Positions 38,245 through 53,555 are shown, counted from the first letter of the stretch. The stretch: 64,000 nucleotides of DNA from Octopus sinensis (GCF_006345805.1 NC_043017.1:25234001-25298000); one strand, 5' to 3'. Notes: generated by a model not told the origin, from the letters alone. Made by a program: numbers and translations.

Positions 38245-39289
38245 AAGCCGATAGGTATATTGGTAGGTGGATGAGCAGAAAGATCTATACTTGTGTATGT
38301 GTGTGTCTCTCTGTATATATGCATATACATACATATATATATATGTAATGTGTATATGGATGTGTAAATATGTATGTATATGTACATATATGTAATGTGT
38401 ATATATATCTGTTTGTATATATTTGTGTATAAATGTGCTTGTGTGAGAGTGTGTGTATACACACACTCACACACTTGTATAACACACACATTCTCATACA
38501 TATACACACATACACACATGCATACGCGTACTTATATAGATAAGCTGAAAGTTACTAATAATCATTCGAAAAAAAAAAAAACCAGAAATAGTTTTAAAAA
38601 AAGAAATGAACAACAAAAAATTTTTAAAAATCAAATAAATACAATTAAAAAAGAACAAAATCCAACCAATCCCCACCAAATACCAATGCCCACCTCTCCT
38701 CACTGAACACATTCCTTATGAAGTTTATTATTTTTTTTTTTTTTTTATCTTTGAATTATTCTAAAGCTTGGTTATTCCCATCATCAGAGCATAAACTTGG
38801 CTCTCCTTGATTTCTTCACTTGGAAGATATTTTGGCCTCTTTATAGACAATTTCTGCTATTTTGCAGACCTTTATTTTTTTTTGTTTCATTTCGTTTTGT
38901 TACAAATTTTTTTTTTTTTTCCACTTTTATTCCTTTTCAAGTCATTGGTTTGTTCTTTCCATACTTTTTCCCATTTGTGTTGCGTTTTTAATATTTTCTT
39001 TTCTGGTTTTGATTTCCTTTTTCTCCTTTTCTGGTTTGTTTCCCCTGTATCTTTTTCCAATATATATATTTTTTTCCGTTTTTTTCTAAGTTCTATTTGG
39101 GTTTTTTTTTTTGTATTTTATTCTGTTTCAAAAAATTTTTTTTTTTGCTAAGCCACCCCATTTCTTTGTACTTGTTTTTTTTAAAAAAAAATTTTATATT
39201 TTATTGTGTTGCTGAAGGATGGATGTTTCAGTTGAGAAAAGAATAATAAAAGTGTGAAGAGACTAAAGTAATGGTATATTTTTGTGTGT

Positions 39290-39690
39290 ATGTGAGTGGC
39301 TGTGTGGTAAGTAGCTTGCTTACCAACCACATGGTTCCGGGTTCAGTCCCACTGCATGGCACCTTGGGCAAGTGTCTTCTACTATAGCCTCGGCCCGACC
39401 AAAGCCTTGTGAGTGGATTTGGTAAACGGAAACTGAAAGAAGCCCGTTGTATATATATATATATATATACGTATGGGTGTGTTTGTGTGTCTGTGTTTGT
39501 CCCCCTAGCATTGCTTGACAACCGATGCTGGTCTGTTTATGTCCCCGTCACTTAGCGGTTCGGCAAAAGAGACCGATACAATAAGTACGGGGCTTACAAA
39601 AGAATAAGTCCCGGGGTCGAGTTGCTCGGTTAAAGGTGGTGTTCCAGCATGGCCACAGTCAAATGCCTGAAACAAGTAAAAGAGTATATA
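39290..39690 (+). mobile_element. SINE family A
   Basis: Full-length family match. Confidence 0.85.
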
Positions 39691-39726
39691 TACATATATA
39701 TATGTGCATATATATATTTATGTGAT

Positions 39727-39764
<38 letters not shown>

Positions 39765-40477
39765 CACACACACACACACTTCATTCTCATTTTAGCTCCC
39801 ACTTTTTCATGCTTGCATGGGTCAGATGGAGTTTATTGGGGCAGATTTTCTGTGGGATGCTCTTCCTGTCCCTCACCTGTTTCCTATCAAAGGTACTATT
39901 TCCTCACGGCCAAACATGTTTTTTTGCAGTATATTGGAAATGAATACTCAGCTTTTATGACACTGACCATCACTTATACCAGTAGTTCCCAACTGGGGCC
40001 CACACCAGATTTAGGGTTCCACATCACTTTTAGGGGTCCACATAAGATTTTGTTGTTAAAATTCATCTGCAATAAATTGGTTATACTTCTGCAATGCACA
40101 AAATATTTTAACCATTTTTTTCACATGGTTCTGGGTTCAGTCCCACTGCGGGGCACCTTGGGCAAGTGTCTTCTGCTATAGTCTCAGGTTGACTGAAGCC
40201 TTGTGAGTGGATTTGGTAGACGGAAGCCTGTCATATATATATATATATTTCTCCAGCTTTAAGCAATTAGAATTTGTTAGTATTTTAGTTATATACTACC
40301 TGATATTATTCTCAGATATTCATATAAATATATAAAATATATATTTAATAGGTGTAGGCATGGCTGTGTGGTAAGAAGCATGCCTGGAACCTTGGGCAAG
40401 TGTATTCTACTATAGCTTTGGGCCGACGAAAGCCTTGTGAATGGATTTGGTAGAAAGAAACTGAAAGAAGCCCATCA

Positions 40478-40516
<39 letters not shown>

Positions 40517-42097
40517 GTCTTTGTGGTGGAGGCGCAATGGCCCAGTGGTTAGGGCAGCGGACTTGCGGTTGGTGGATCGCAGTTTCAATTCCCAGACCGG
40601 GCGTTGTGTGTGTTTATTGAATGAAAACACCTAAAAACTCCCCGAGGCTCTGGCAGGGGGGGGGGGGGTGGCGCTCTGTTGCACTCTTTCACCACAACTT
40701 TCTCTCACTCTCTCATCCTGTTTCTTGAATAACGCTGTGATGAACTGGCGTCCTGTCCAGCTGGCGGGAACACATATGCCACAGAAAGCGGGAAACCAGG
40801 CCCATGAGCCTGGCTCGGCTTGAAAAGGGATGACGTTTATTGTTATATGTCTTTGTGTCTGTGTTTGTCCCCCCACCATGGTTTGACAATCGATGTTGGT
40901 GTGTTACAGCCCTGTAACTTAGCAGTTCAGAAAAAGGGACTGATAGAATAAGTACTAGGCTGACAAAGAATAAATCTGGGGTTGATTTCTTTGACTAAAA
41001 ATAAAATCCCCTAAGGTGGTGCTCCAGCATGGCTGCAGTCAAATTAGTGAAACAAGTAAAAGAATAAAAGAATTATTCTCCTGACAGTCAAGATTAGATG
41101 TTGTACTTGGAAGAAGTACAAGGTGTTTTGGAAAATTTCTAAATAATTCTATTTTGAATTAGTTGATCACTAATCGTTTAAACTATTTAATTAATCAATT
41201 TTCAACAGTTCCACGTTTCTTCTCCGTACTGCATTATATTTATTGTATTAGAAAAAAAAAAAAAAAAAACGAGAAAAAAAATCATAATATAATTAATATT
41301 GCGGTTACCAAATAATGAAAGACAATTCAGAACAGGGCTGGAAAAAGTAAAAAAAAAAAACCCCAACAAAATACACCCCCACCAAAAAAAACAAAAAACA
41401 AAAAAAAAATCCCCAAAAATAAAGACAAAAATAAATGATAAAAAGTTTCATACTGTTTTAAAATATAACTTTCCAAATTTATTGGAATTTAATTCTATAT
41501 ATATTGAACAAATCATTCCATCTTTTGAACTTTGAAGTTAAGAATTTTCATCAAATTACCTCAGATACAAAAGAAAGCAGTATTATTATAATATAATAAT
41601 GTATTTAATTATTTCAATGTGACTGATTTAAATACATAGACAAGATGCCTGATTAGTATTTTAAATCATTTTAACAGAGCTTTAAAAAAAAAAAACGCAG
41701 ATTATTTCTTGACAAAAGTCGTATTTTTAGCGGATTTAATTTATTAATTTTACAATAAGTTTTTTTTTTTTTGTGTGGGGGTGGGGGGTGGGGGTGGAAT
41801 TTAAGTTTTTTTTCTATTTTTGTTTTCATGTGCCGCAAGGTCAAAACTGACATGAACCACTGATCTCTTCCCCCTCTCCTCCCCTTCCCCGCCCCTTTCC
41901 CCACCCCTATCCCCCATCTTCCCCCCCTCTTCTACATCCTTCCCTCTTCCCATCCTCTCCCCCCTTCCCCTTCCCCTCCCTTCTTCTTTGTAAGCCTAGT
42001 ACTTATTCTATCGGTCTCTCTTGCCGAACCGCTAAGTGACAGGGACGTAAACACACCTGCATTGGTTGTCAAGCGATGTTGGTGGGGACAAACACAG

Positions 42098-42128
<31 letters not shown>

Positions 42129-42931
42129 CGACGGGCTTCTTTCAGTTTCTGTCTACCAAATCCACTCACAAGGCTTTGGTCGGCCCGAGGCTATAGTAGA
42201 AGACACTTGCCCAAGGTGCCATGCAGTGGGACTGAACCCGGAACCATGTGGTTGGTAAGCAAGCTACTTACCACACAGCCACTCCAGTGCCTATATTTCA
42301 CGTTAATTTCATGAGCAAGCTGTTTCGTTGATTGTATCAGTTGGGACCCTTGTCGTCGTAACTGACGGAGTGCTCCTATCACCTATCATAGTCCATGCAT
42401 TTTGGAAAGCTGAACGCTGTGGGTGGTTGCTGGGGTACGTTCTTGTAGTACAAGCAGAAACCTCAACTGATTGCCAATCTGTGTTATCACTGATCAATCC
42501 ATGATAACCATGACAGGGTTCACAATTGAATGCTCTGTGCCATTCCGAATCAGTGATGAATGAATCGGTGATAAATGAGGCAATATGCATAATTGCATAA
42601 TTAGCTATTTCACTGTTAATGAATAGCAATTATCTTAATGAGATTAATGGATTGGCAGAATCAGTAGAGCGATATTCAAAATCCCTTGAGGTATTTACCT
42701 GCATGTACATTTTAACCTTTTACTTGTTTATGTCATTAGGCTGTGGCCATGCTGGGGTACCACCTTGATTTTTCTGTCAAATAAATTAACCCCCTGTACT
42801 TAGTTTTTCTTTTCTTTCAAAGCCTGGTGCTTATTCTATCAGTCTCTTTTACTGAACTGCTAAGTTATGGTGATATAAACACACCAACATTGCTTGTCAA
42901 ATGGTGGATACACACACACTCACACACACAA

Positions 42932-42968
<37 letters not shown>

Positions 42969-44851
42969 CGTATATGTGATGGTCTTCTTTCAGTTTTTGT
43001 CTACTAAGTCCACTGAATCCTTTGGTTGGCCCGAGGCCATATTAGAAGACACTTGCCCAAGGTGCCATGCAGTGGGATCGAACCTGGAACCATGTGGTTG
43101 GGAAGTAAGCTACTTACCATGCAGCCATGCCAGTGTCTGTTACCACACACCCACTACTGTTCTGGGTTCAGATCCCGGGGTCTTTGACTTCGCATTTCAT
43201 AATTCTGTGAGTGTGGGAGTCGATTGAGGGTCAATTACATCGGTACCAGTTGTGTATTGGGGGATATCTAATCAACTGCTTCCCTTCCTTGAAGTTCAAT
43301 ACCTCAGTCAGTGACATTTATCCTATAAGAGGTCCATGGATGGACAAATAGAGCAGCAGACAAATTGGCATTTGCTTGACTTGCTAGAAGTAGCAGCCAA
43401 ATCCCCCTCAAAGGCATGGCTGTGTGGTTAAGAAGTTTGCTTCCCACCCATATGGTTTTAAGTTCAGTCTCACCGTGTGGCACTTTGGGCAAGTTTCTTC
43501 TGCTACGGCCCTGGGTTGACCAAAACCTTGTCAGTGGATTTGGTTAGACAGAAACTGAAAGAAAACTGTTGTATATACACACACACACACACACACACAC
43601 GTGTGTGTGTCTTTGTCTTGACATTGCATGATGCTTGTAAACAAGTGCCACCGTTATACAAGCAGAGTTTCTTATCAGAATTTTCTGCGAAAACATGTTT
43701 GGCTTTGGGAAATATTACCGTTACCCAGAAACAAGTGAGAGTTGGTGACAGGAAGGGCATCCTGCCTCAATAAAATTCCATCCAACTCTTACAAGCATGG
43801 AGAAGTGAACATTAAAACGATGATGATGATGATCACAGCATTTGTATACATCGGCGACAAGACATTCACTTGGCAAAGTTTGTGTACCGGCACTCAACTC
43901 GGTACATGAGATTCTTGCCCAAGGGAGCAAGCGGCAATGGGCTTTTTTTCTTTTCCATGACAACGCTACTGCAATGAACGTACTATAATATACAGTTTGT
44001 GTGTGTGTGTATGTATATATATGTGTGTGTTTGTGTGTTTGTGTATGTGTGTGTATATATGTGTGCATATGTTTGTGTGTATGTATATGTGTGTGTGTGT
44101 GTGTATATATATGTTTGTGTGTGTTTATATATATATGTGTGTGTGTGTGTATATGTTTGTGTATGTGTATATATATATGTGTATGTTTGTGTGTATGTAT
44201 ATATGTGTATGTGTATCTATATGCGTGTGCATGTATGTTTGTGTGTGTGTGTGTATATATATATGTTTGTGTGTGTGTGTGTGTGTGTGTGTCTGACTTT
44301 GTGTGTGTGTGTGTGTGTGTGTGTGTCTGACTTTGTGTAAAGTGTAATACTCAACATTATAGAATGAACCATTATTGGAAGAAGCGTTCCAATAAAAGAG
44401 AAAAGCATTTCAGATATAAACATCGTCAACAACAACAACAACAAAGGGAAGAGCAGGGTGGGGGGTGGTTGTTGGGGGGTGGGGGGTTGGATATATGCGG
44501 GTGGGATGGGGTGGTGGTGGTAATAAGAGAAAAGAGTACTATAGAATTTATTTATTTTTTTTTTACCAGAAAACCTTCAACATATAATTACTGTCTTGCT
44601 GGAAGCTATTGGAGGAGAAATTCTAGTTTTGTCTTGTGAGAAAATTATGTAACAGTTGTTGCATAAAATTCAGTTATATTTGTCGTTCTGAACATTTTTT
44701 TGCTTGATTTCTGGGGGGTTTTTTTTCAAGAAATTTTTCTTTTACTAATTTACTCCCCGTGTTTTGTTTATTATCTCTTCCCTTTTCTCTTTCTCCCCCT
44801 CCATTTCCTTTTATACATGCACATACATGTTCATATATATACATATATATA

Positions 44852-44893
<42 letters not shown>

Positions 44894-44900
44894 AATATGT

Positions 44901-44934
<34 letters not shown>

Positions 44935-44975
44935 CTATATATATATATATATATATAATATGTATATATAATACA

Positions 44976-45004
<29 letters not shown>

Positions 45005-45015
<11 letters not shown>

Positions 45016-45067
45016 CATATTCATATACTCATACAACAGTTCTTGACTATGTATGTATATATGTTTA

Positions 45068-45134
<67 letters not shown>

Positions 45135-45520
45135 TATATATATACATATATGTATATATATATATATATACACATACATATTCATATACTCATACAACAG
45201 TTCTTGACTGTATGTATGTATATATGTTTATATCTATCTATCTATCTATCTATCTATATATATATATATACACATACATATTCATATACTCATACAACAG
45301 TTCTTGACTGTATGTATGTATATATGTTTATATCTATCTATCTATCTATCTATCTATATATATATATACACACATACATACATATTCATATACTCATACA
45401 ACAGTTCTTGACTGTATGTATGTATATATCTGTTTATATCTATCTATCTATCTATCTATATATATATATATATGCACACATACATACACACCCACACATA
45501 CTCATACAACAGTTCTTAAG
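45005..45520. repeat. Minisatellite of 5 variable-length units with core ATACTCATACAACAGTTCTT, separated by (CTAT)n/(TA)n
   Basis: The core recurs near 45025, 45186, 45285, 45390 and 45498. Confidence 0.9.
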
Positions 45521-45524
45521 TCTG

Positions 45525-45566
<42 letters not shown>

Positions 45567-46129
45567 CACACACATAACCATTCTTATCTGTGCGTGCGTA
45601 TGTATACACACACACATACATAAATACATAGATTCATACACATGCTTTCATGCACTCATTTTGTATAGATCTATGCATGCATACATAACATACATATACA
45701 AATGCACATGTATGAGTGTATATTCACATGCGAACACACCACACACCCCTCCCACATTCCCCCATGCACCCCTCCCCTCCTACACATACATTGTTTCGAA
45801 ATTCCGAAATAGAATTATTGTTGTTGTTGTTGTTGTTTTTGTTGTTGAATGAAAATGTTCATACTCACATACACCTGCATGATATACACCCACATGCGTA
45901 GATGCATGTGTGTATACATGAAGGAAAAAAAGCAAAACAATGAATGCTTTCAGTTTAACAATGAAATAATTTTACTCTCTTTCCAATAAATAATAAATAT
46001 AAAGTACCCGCTCCAACAGCAACAACTTAAACAATGCACACACACACACACAGACATGCATGCACACATGCATACACTTAAACATGTAGGACACACTGAC
46101 ACACAAACATGCACACACTCACATATAGA

Positions 46130-46560
46130 TGCACACACTGCATGAACACTCACACACTTGCATAAACATGCACACACATAAACACGCACACACTCACATA
46201 AACATGCACACACTCACATAAACACACACACACTCACATAACACACACACACTCACATAAACACACACACACTCACATAAACACACACACACTCACATAA
46301 ACACACACACCCTGCACTCACATAACACACACACACTCACATAAACACACACACACTTGCATAAACACACACACACACACACTCACATAAACACACACAC
46401 ACTCACATAAACACACACACACTCACATAAACACACACACACTCACATAAACACACACACACTCACATAAACACACACACACTCACATAAACACACACAC
46501 ACTCACATAACACACACACACTCACATAAACACACACTCACATAAACACACACTTGCACA
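46130..46560. repeat. Minisatellite (ACACACACACTCACATAA)n-like, units of about 18-20 bp
   Basis: Directly visible. Confidence 0.95.
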
Positions 46561-48899
46561 CACACACACAGTCACTCACATGTTCACATACACACACAGA
46601 CACATTAACACTCACTCACACACACACATACACACGTGTACAGTTTATGTGAAATAATTGTGTTTAATTTCTTTTTTTTTGTCAAACAAGGTTTCCTATT
46701 TGTTTCATAAATTTATTAATGTTTGTTTTTTTTGTAACACAATTTTATTGTGTTTGCAATTTAAATTATAGCTCATTGATAAGGAAATATTTAATGGCAG
46801 TAGACAAATGTACACATATGCACATACCTACCTACCTACACACTCACTCAATTTAATAGGAGCAGGCGTGGCTGTGTGGTAAGAAGCTGGCTTACCAACT
46901 ACATGGTTTCGGGTTCAGTCCCACTGCGTGGCATCTTGGGCAAGTGTCTTCCACTATAGCCTTGGGCCGACCAAAGCTTTGTAAGTGGATTTGGTAGACG
47001 GAAACTGAAAGAAGCCCGTTGTGTGTGTGTATGTATGTGTCTGTGTTTGTCACCTCCACTACCATCACTTGACAACTGATGCTGGTGTGTTTACATTCCC
47101 ACAGCTTAGTGGTTCAGCAAAGGAGACTGATAAAATACGTACTAGTCTTACAAAGAATAAGTCATGGGGGGGTCGATTTGATCGACTAAAGGCGATCCAA
47201 ATTTCATGCTAATTTATATTCAAAACACCAGCTTAAAAACAGCAAAGTTATTTTACTATTTCATACATTGGACTGGCTCCCGTGCCGGTGGCACGTAAAA
47301 AGCACCATCCAAATCGTGGCCGATCCCAGCGCCACCTTGACTGGCTTCTGTGCCGGTGGCACGTAAAATGCACCAATCCGATCGTGACCGTTTGCCAGCC
47401 TCGCCTGGCACCTGTGCATAAATGTAAGATTGTTTTATTCCTATCATCATTTGTGTGGATGCAACATGACCAGGTAGTAGAAGAATCTGCTTTGCAGTCA
47501 TGAGATTGTGGGTTTGATCTCACTGCATGGTACCTTGGTTATTTGTCATTTAACATTGCCTCATAAGGGGTAGATTGAGCTAACCGGCACTCCTTCGGTT
47601 ACAGTGACGAGGGTTCCAGTTGATCCGATCAATGCAACAGCCTGTTCATGAAATCAATGTGCAAGTGGCTGAGCACTGCACAGACATGTGAACCCTTAAT
47701 GTAGCTCGCAGGGAGATTCAGCCTGACACAAAATGTGACAAGGTTGACCTGGAGCAACGTGAAATAAAATGTCTTGCTCAAGGACACAATGTTTCACCAA
47801 GAATTGAACTCCCGACATCATGATCGTAAGCTGGGTACTCTAACCACTAAGCCACTTACCTTCACGGGCCCAATCTACCCATATGAAAATCTACTTACCC
47901 CATAGAAGGGACTCCGACAGGATGGCGAGCTGGCAGAGTTGTTAGCAATCTGGGCGAAATGCATAGCTGTATTTCATCTGCCGTTACATTGTGAGTTCAA
48001 ATTCCGCTGAGGTCGACTTTGCCTTTCATCCTTTTGGGGTCGATAAATTAAGTACCAGTTATGCACTGGGAGTCGATGTAATCAACTAATCCGTTTGACT
48101 GTCCTTGTTTGTCCCCTCTGTGTTTAGCCCCTTGTGGGTAGTAAAGAAATAGGTATTTCGTCTGCCGTTACGTTCTGAGTTCAAATTCCGCCGAGGTCGA
48201 CTTTGCCTTTCATCCTTTTGGGGTCGATTAAATAAGTACCAGTTATGCACTGGGGTCGATGTAATCGACTTAATCTGTTTGTCTGTCCTTGTTTGTCCCC
48301 CCTGTGTTTGGCCCCTTGTGGGTAGTAAAGAAATAGGTACTACTGCTCTGTGTCAGAATGGACCTGGGGGTGACTCCATGCTCCCCACAACTCCAGAACT
48401 TCTGAGCTGGAGCCTCACCACCAGATGCAGTTTAATGTCAAACCTAGGACTGATAATTCAATGAATATATAATTCCTCGATCGATCCACTGGAATTCTCC
48501 TTGTTGAATCCAATAGTGGATCTCTTTAGTTTTATTTTGCTCTGTATTTGTTCTCCAAGAAATATTTCAGCTTATCTTAACCAGCAAGTACTTATATAAT
48601 CGCACAGACACACAGCCTGTCCTGTGTGCTGCGGTATTTATCTGCACATGTGCATAAACACAAAATGTACGTATATAAAACTACATGCTTGGGTAATGTT
48701 ATGTATATTCACTTGTATGCACACATATGCACACACAACTATATGCTCACGTGTTTATTCATGCATGTGCATATGCACCAATGTTCGTATACACACAACT
48801 ATATAGTAATTATGTGTATATGTGCATAGACACAACTGTATTCTCAGATGCTTATGTGTACATGTGCATACACACATACGTTTGTGTATATTGCATGCG

Positions 48900-49320
48900 C
48901 ACATATACACACAAACATACAATTATATATACATACTTACATACATATATATGCACAGTTATATACATACATATGCACACATACATACAATTATATATAC
49001 ATACTTACATACATATATATGCACAGTTATATACATACATATACACACATACATACAATTATATATACATACTTACATACATATATATGCACAGTTATAT
49101 ACATACATATACACACAAACATACAATTATATATACATACTTACATACATATATATGCACAGTTATATACATACATATGCACACATACATACAATTATAT
49201 ATACATACTTACATACATATATATGCACAGTTATATACATACATATGCACACATACATACAATTATATATACATACTTACATATATATGCACAGTTATAT
49301 ACATACATATGCACACAACT
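48900..49320. repeat. 68-bp minisatellite, about 6 units
   Basis: GCACAGTT recurs at 48953, 49021, 49089, 49157, 49225 and 49289. Confidence 0.95.
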
Positions 49321-49569
49321 ATATAGTAATTATGTGCATATGTGCACACTGACACACAGTATTACTCCAGTATTTATTTGTGCATGTATATAGACGCACC
49401 TGGATACAGGGTACATTTGCACATGCATGCACACAACTATATATTAAGGTATTTATTTGTACACATGCATACACACAGGTATAATAGATACATCCATACT
49501 CGAGTATTTATTTGTACACGTGAATACACATAGACATAATTCTATGCTCAAATAATTAATATATATAAT

Positions 49570-49604
<35 letters not shown>

Positions 49605-52070
49605 GCATACATACACACGCTCATGCATGCATACACACTACCCATATGATATACTTGGATATTTATTTGTACATGTGCCTACATGTACAACTACATGCTT
49701 CAGTAATTGCATACATGTATACATGATTAAAGAATTATAACTACATGCACATAGTCACAAACATGTACATGTGCATCCATGCTCATGTACAGATGCACTT
49801 ATGCACACAAGACCATATAATATATATATATATACATGTACACCGACACACCACATGCATTCCATACGTCAGTATTATTATACATACACACAAACCAGCT
49901 CATTGTAAATATGAACATCAACATACATTGCACACAGATTTACATATATACATTCACATACATTTTCTTAACATCTTCTCTCTCACAGTGCTTAAACATA
50001 CACATATTTACATATATATACGCTTACATACATTTATTAACATACTCCCCCCTCTCTCTCTCACTCATACGTATGTGCACATACATACGTATACCCATAC
50101 AATATTTACAAATGTATTATACATACATACATAGATCTTGATATGCCCTCTGTCTATCTGCCCCTCTGTCTCTCTGTCTCTCTCTCTCAGTGTCTCTCTC
50201 TCTCTCAGTGTCTCTCTCTCTCTCTCTCTCTCTGTGTGTCTCTCTCTCTCTGTGTCTCTGTGTCTCTCTGTCTCTCTTTCTCTCTCGCTGTCTCAGTGTC
50301 TCTCTCTCAGTGTATCTCCCACTCTCTGTGTCTCTCTCCCTCTCTCTGTGTCTCTCCCTCTCTCTGTGTCTCTCCCGCTCCCTATGTCTCTCCCTCTCTC
50401 TATGTTTCTCTCCTTCTCTCTGTCTCTCCCTCTCTGTCTTTCTCCTCTCTCTGTCCCTCTTCCCTCCTCTCCCACACATGCATCCAGATATACTTGTCTC
50501 TCTCTCTTTTTCCCCCTCCATCCTACCTCCCATACACACATGCACACACACGTACCCACACACACGCACACACTAACATACATATCTTAACACACTCTTC
50601 CTCTCTGATGTTCATGCACACACAAACACATGCAAACACAAACACATGCAAACACACACACACACACACACGTGTGCACGCACCTGACCATTTTATGTTA
50701 CTGTATTTAGATGACATGGTAATGTCTTTCCGACTGTTTGATCTTCGGATCAGTTTCATTTTGCTACATCCTTGCTTCTCTAATGTTAACAGAAATACCA
50801 GACTCCTCCAGTAGGATAAGGATTATAGGAAAGTCCGAGGATTATGTCAACGGAGTAAATCCCAGCCTGTCATTGCTGTTGCAAGATCACGTCTTTTTTT
50901 TCCAGTCTTGGCTCACAGACACACACACACACACGCACACACCACACACGCACACACACACACACATGTATGTGTATATGCATATATTTCTATGACTATA
51001 TACATGTGTGTATGTATATATGTATATATTTGTCAACATGTATGCATATATTTGTATAAATACATGTATATGTGTATGTATATATATATATATAAATTTG
51101 TATAAATATATACATGTGTGTATGTATGTCTGTATTTGTATAAATATATTCATGTATGAGTATATATATGTATATATATATATATGTATGTGTATGTATG
51201 TATGTAATATATATAATATATATATATATAATATAATTATATATAAACGTATTCATATATATATATATAAATGTATTCATATATGTAATATATATAAATG
51301 TATTCATATATATATATATATATAATGTAAATATTTCATATATGTATATATATATATATATATATTTATAATATATATATATATTCATGTATGTATTTCT
51401 ATATATATTCATGTATGTATTATATATATATATCTATATAAATGTATGTATATATAAATATATGTATATATATTATATTCATGTATGTTATTATAATATA
51501 TATATATATATATATAATGTATGTATATATAATACATGTATGTATATATAAATACATGTATGTGTATATATATATATATATATATATTTCATGTATGTAA
51601 ATACACACAGTATGTGTGCATGAATCTGTATGTACCTGTATTTGTGCATGTATGCATGCATGTATGTATGTACGTGTGCGCACATTGATGTATATGTATC
51701 TATGTCTCTATATGTATGTGTATATGTATAAATTAGGGGTACTTAAAACTAATGTTATATTTTCAAGCAAATTGTCTGACGTCATGTGACAAATAGTTTA
51801 CAAACCAACAAATAAAAGCTCTCCTTGCAATCCACCAATCAGCATATAGTTAACAAATAAATATCAATCTGGACACACATACACACACACTGTGTGTGCA
51901 TTTGCCATACTTTATAGCCCATGGAGTACATAGGTTGCTCTGAGTCACATATTGGGCATTGTATGCCTTACAGATTGCAGAAGGGCAACATTGTAAATAC
52001 ATACAAGAGAAACCTTATGTACTGTGTATCTTGATGGTGTGAGTGTTTGGAAATGTAAAAGGTGGTTTAA

Positions 52071-52964
52071 CCCTTTAGCATCTAAACCAGACATGTCCAG
52101 ATCAAATACTCTACCTGTTTTCTGTTTTGACCAGCTAGATCCAACCTATCACACATACCCTTCAATGCCACTATAAAATATACAATCTCATCATCAAGAT
52201 TCCGAGTTTGATTCCAAGCAGTGACCTGAACAATAACAACAACAACAACAACAATAATATAGAAAAATACCTTAGGAATGAGAACCCAGGTTCGAAATTT
52301 CCCCAAGACACCTGAAGAAGGCTGGAGGGTGTATCAGCTGAAACATTGTGTTAACAACAAACAAGATGAGGACAAATATCTGTCGAATGTAAATAATGTA
52401 AATAATATACATAATTCCTTATCATCAAAATTTTGAAGTAACAAAATAATCCTTTCTACTAAAGGCTCAAGGCCTGAAATTTGGGTGGGTGGGTCTAGTC
52501 GATTACACTGACCCCAGTATTTGACTGGTTCTTAATTTATTGATCCTGATTGCATCATCCATACTCTCAACAATGCGCCCTTAAATATGGTTTCTGATTA
52601 CAAATATCTTGGGTCATACATATCATCATCTGGAAAATACTTTCTAACTAGAAAGGGTATGGCCTGGTCAGCCTGTAATGACATGCATAATATCTGGTCA
52701 TCAAATCTAAGTAGAGACTTCAAACTTGAAATCTTCAAAGCCACAGTCGAACCAATTCTACTATATGGCTCAGAAACCTGGACATTATCAAAGAAGCTTG
52801 AGAGGCAGTTGGATGGAACCTACACTCGCCTCCTTATGAGAGCTCAAAATCTCTCGTGGAAGCGCCATCCAACCAAATTGCAAAGCAAGAAACTAATGCA
52901 AGATTAATTAAAAATGTGAATGAAAATGCATTACATTTGACAGAATAATCTGAATATTAAAGGG
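52071..52964. mobile_element. TTAA-flanked piggyBac-like MITE carrying nested inserts
   Basis: TTAA at 52067-52070 and 52965-52968; ends CCCTTTAGCAT and ATATTAAAGGG. Confidence 0.75.
52550..52885 (+). mobile_element. Internal ORF2 fragment of a second RTE/RTEX-like LINE, lacking its 3' tail
   Basis: DYKYLGSYISS...FKATVEPILLYGSETWTLSKKLERQLDGTYTRLLMRAQNLSWKRHPTK: the YLG and LLYGSETW motifs of RTE-type ORF2. Confidence 0.85.
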
Positions 52965-53224
52965 TTAACGAATTAAAAAATGGTGATATTTTTCTTTTGG
53001 ATGGGTATTGAACAGGAAAAGCAATCGATGTCAATAGCAATGCTTTGAAGGGGATCCACCTCAGAGGAAAGGGAACTGGTCCCAGAGGCTTTAAGGGATA
53101 TTGGTCTACTGTGCAAGATTATCTCAAGCAGATCTGGAAAGTGTATGGAGAAGAAAAGTAGGTAACTCTTAAGGATATGGGTCACATTCAGCAAAGATGA
53201 CCCAAGCAAAAGTGAATTCACTGA

Positions 53225-53295
53225 GCTGGGACACTTACCTCAACCTCCTTACTCACCAGATCTAGCTCCGTCAGATTTTCACCCATTCAGTTGAC
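53225..53295 (+). mobile_element. Mariner transposase fragment
   Basis: HLPQPPYSPDLAPSDFHPF matches the mariner YSPDLAPxD motif. Confidence 0.75.
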
Positions 53296-53519
53296 TTAAT
53301 ATATAGATATACAATGAGCTTCTTTCACTTTCCGTCTACTAAATCCACTCACAAGGTAAAGTCAACCTTGGTGGAATTTGAACTCGGACCATAAAGGTGG
53401 ATGAAATGCCACTCGAGGCTAGAGTAGAAGATACCTGCCCAAGATGCCACGCAGTGGGACTGAACCAGGAACTATGTGGTTGGGAAGCAAGCTTCTTACC
53501 ATACAGCTACACCTGCACC

Positions 53520-53555
<36 letters not shown>

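Noticed and set aside
42309-42629. 106-aa minus-strand ORF with protein-like composition
   Set aside because: No recognisable motif, weak splice signals, and its 3' end runs into a SINE tail.
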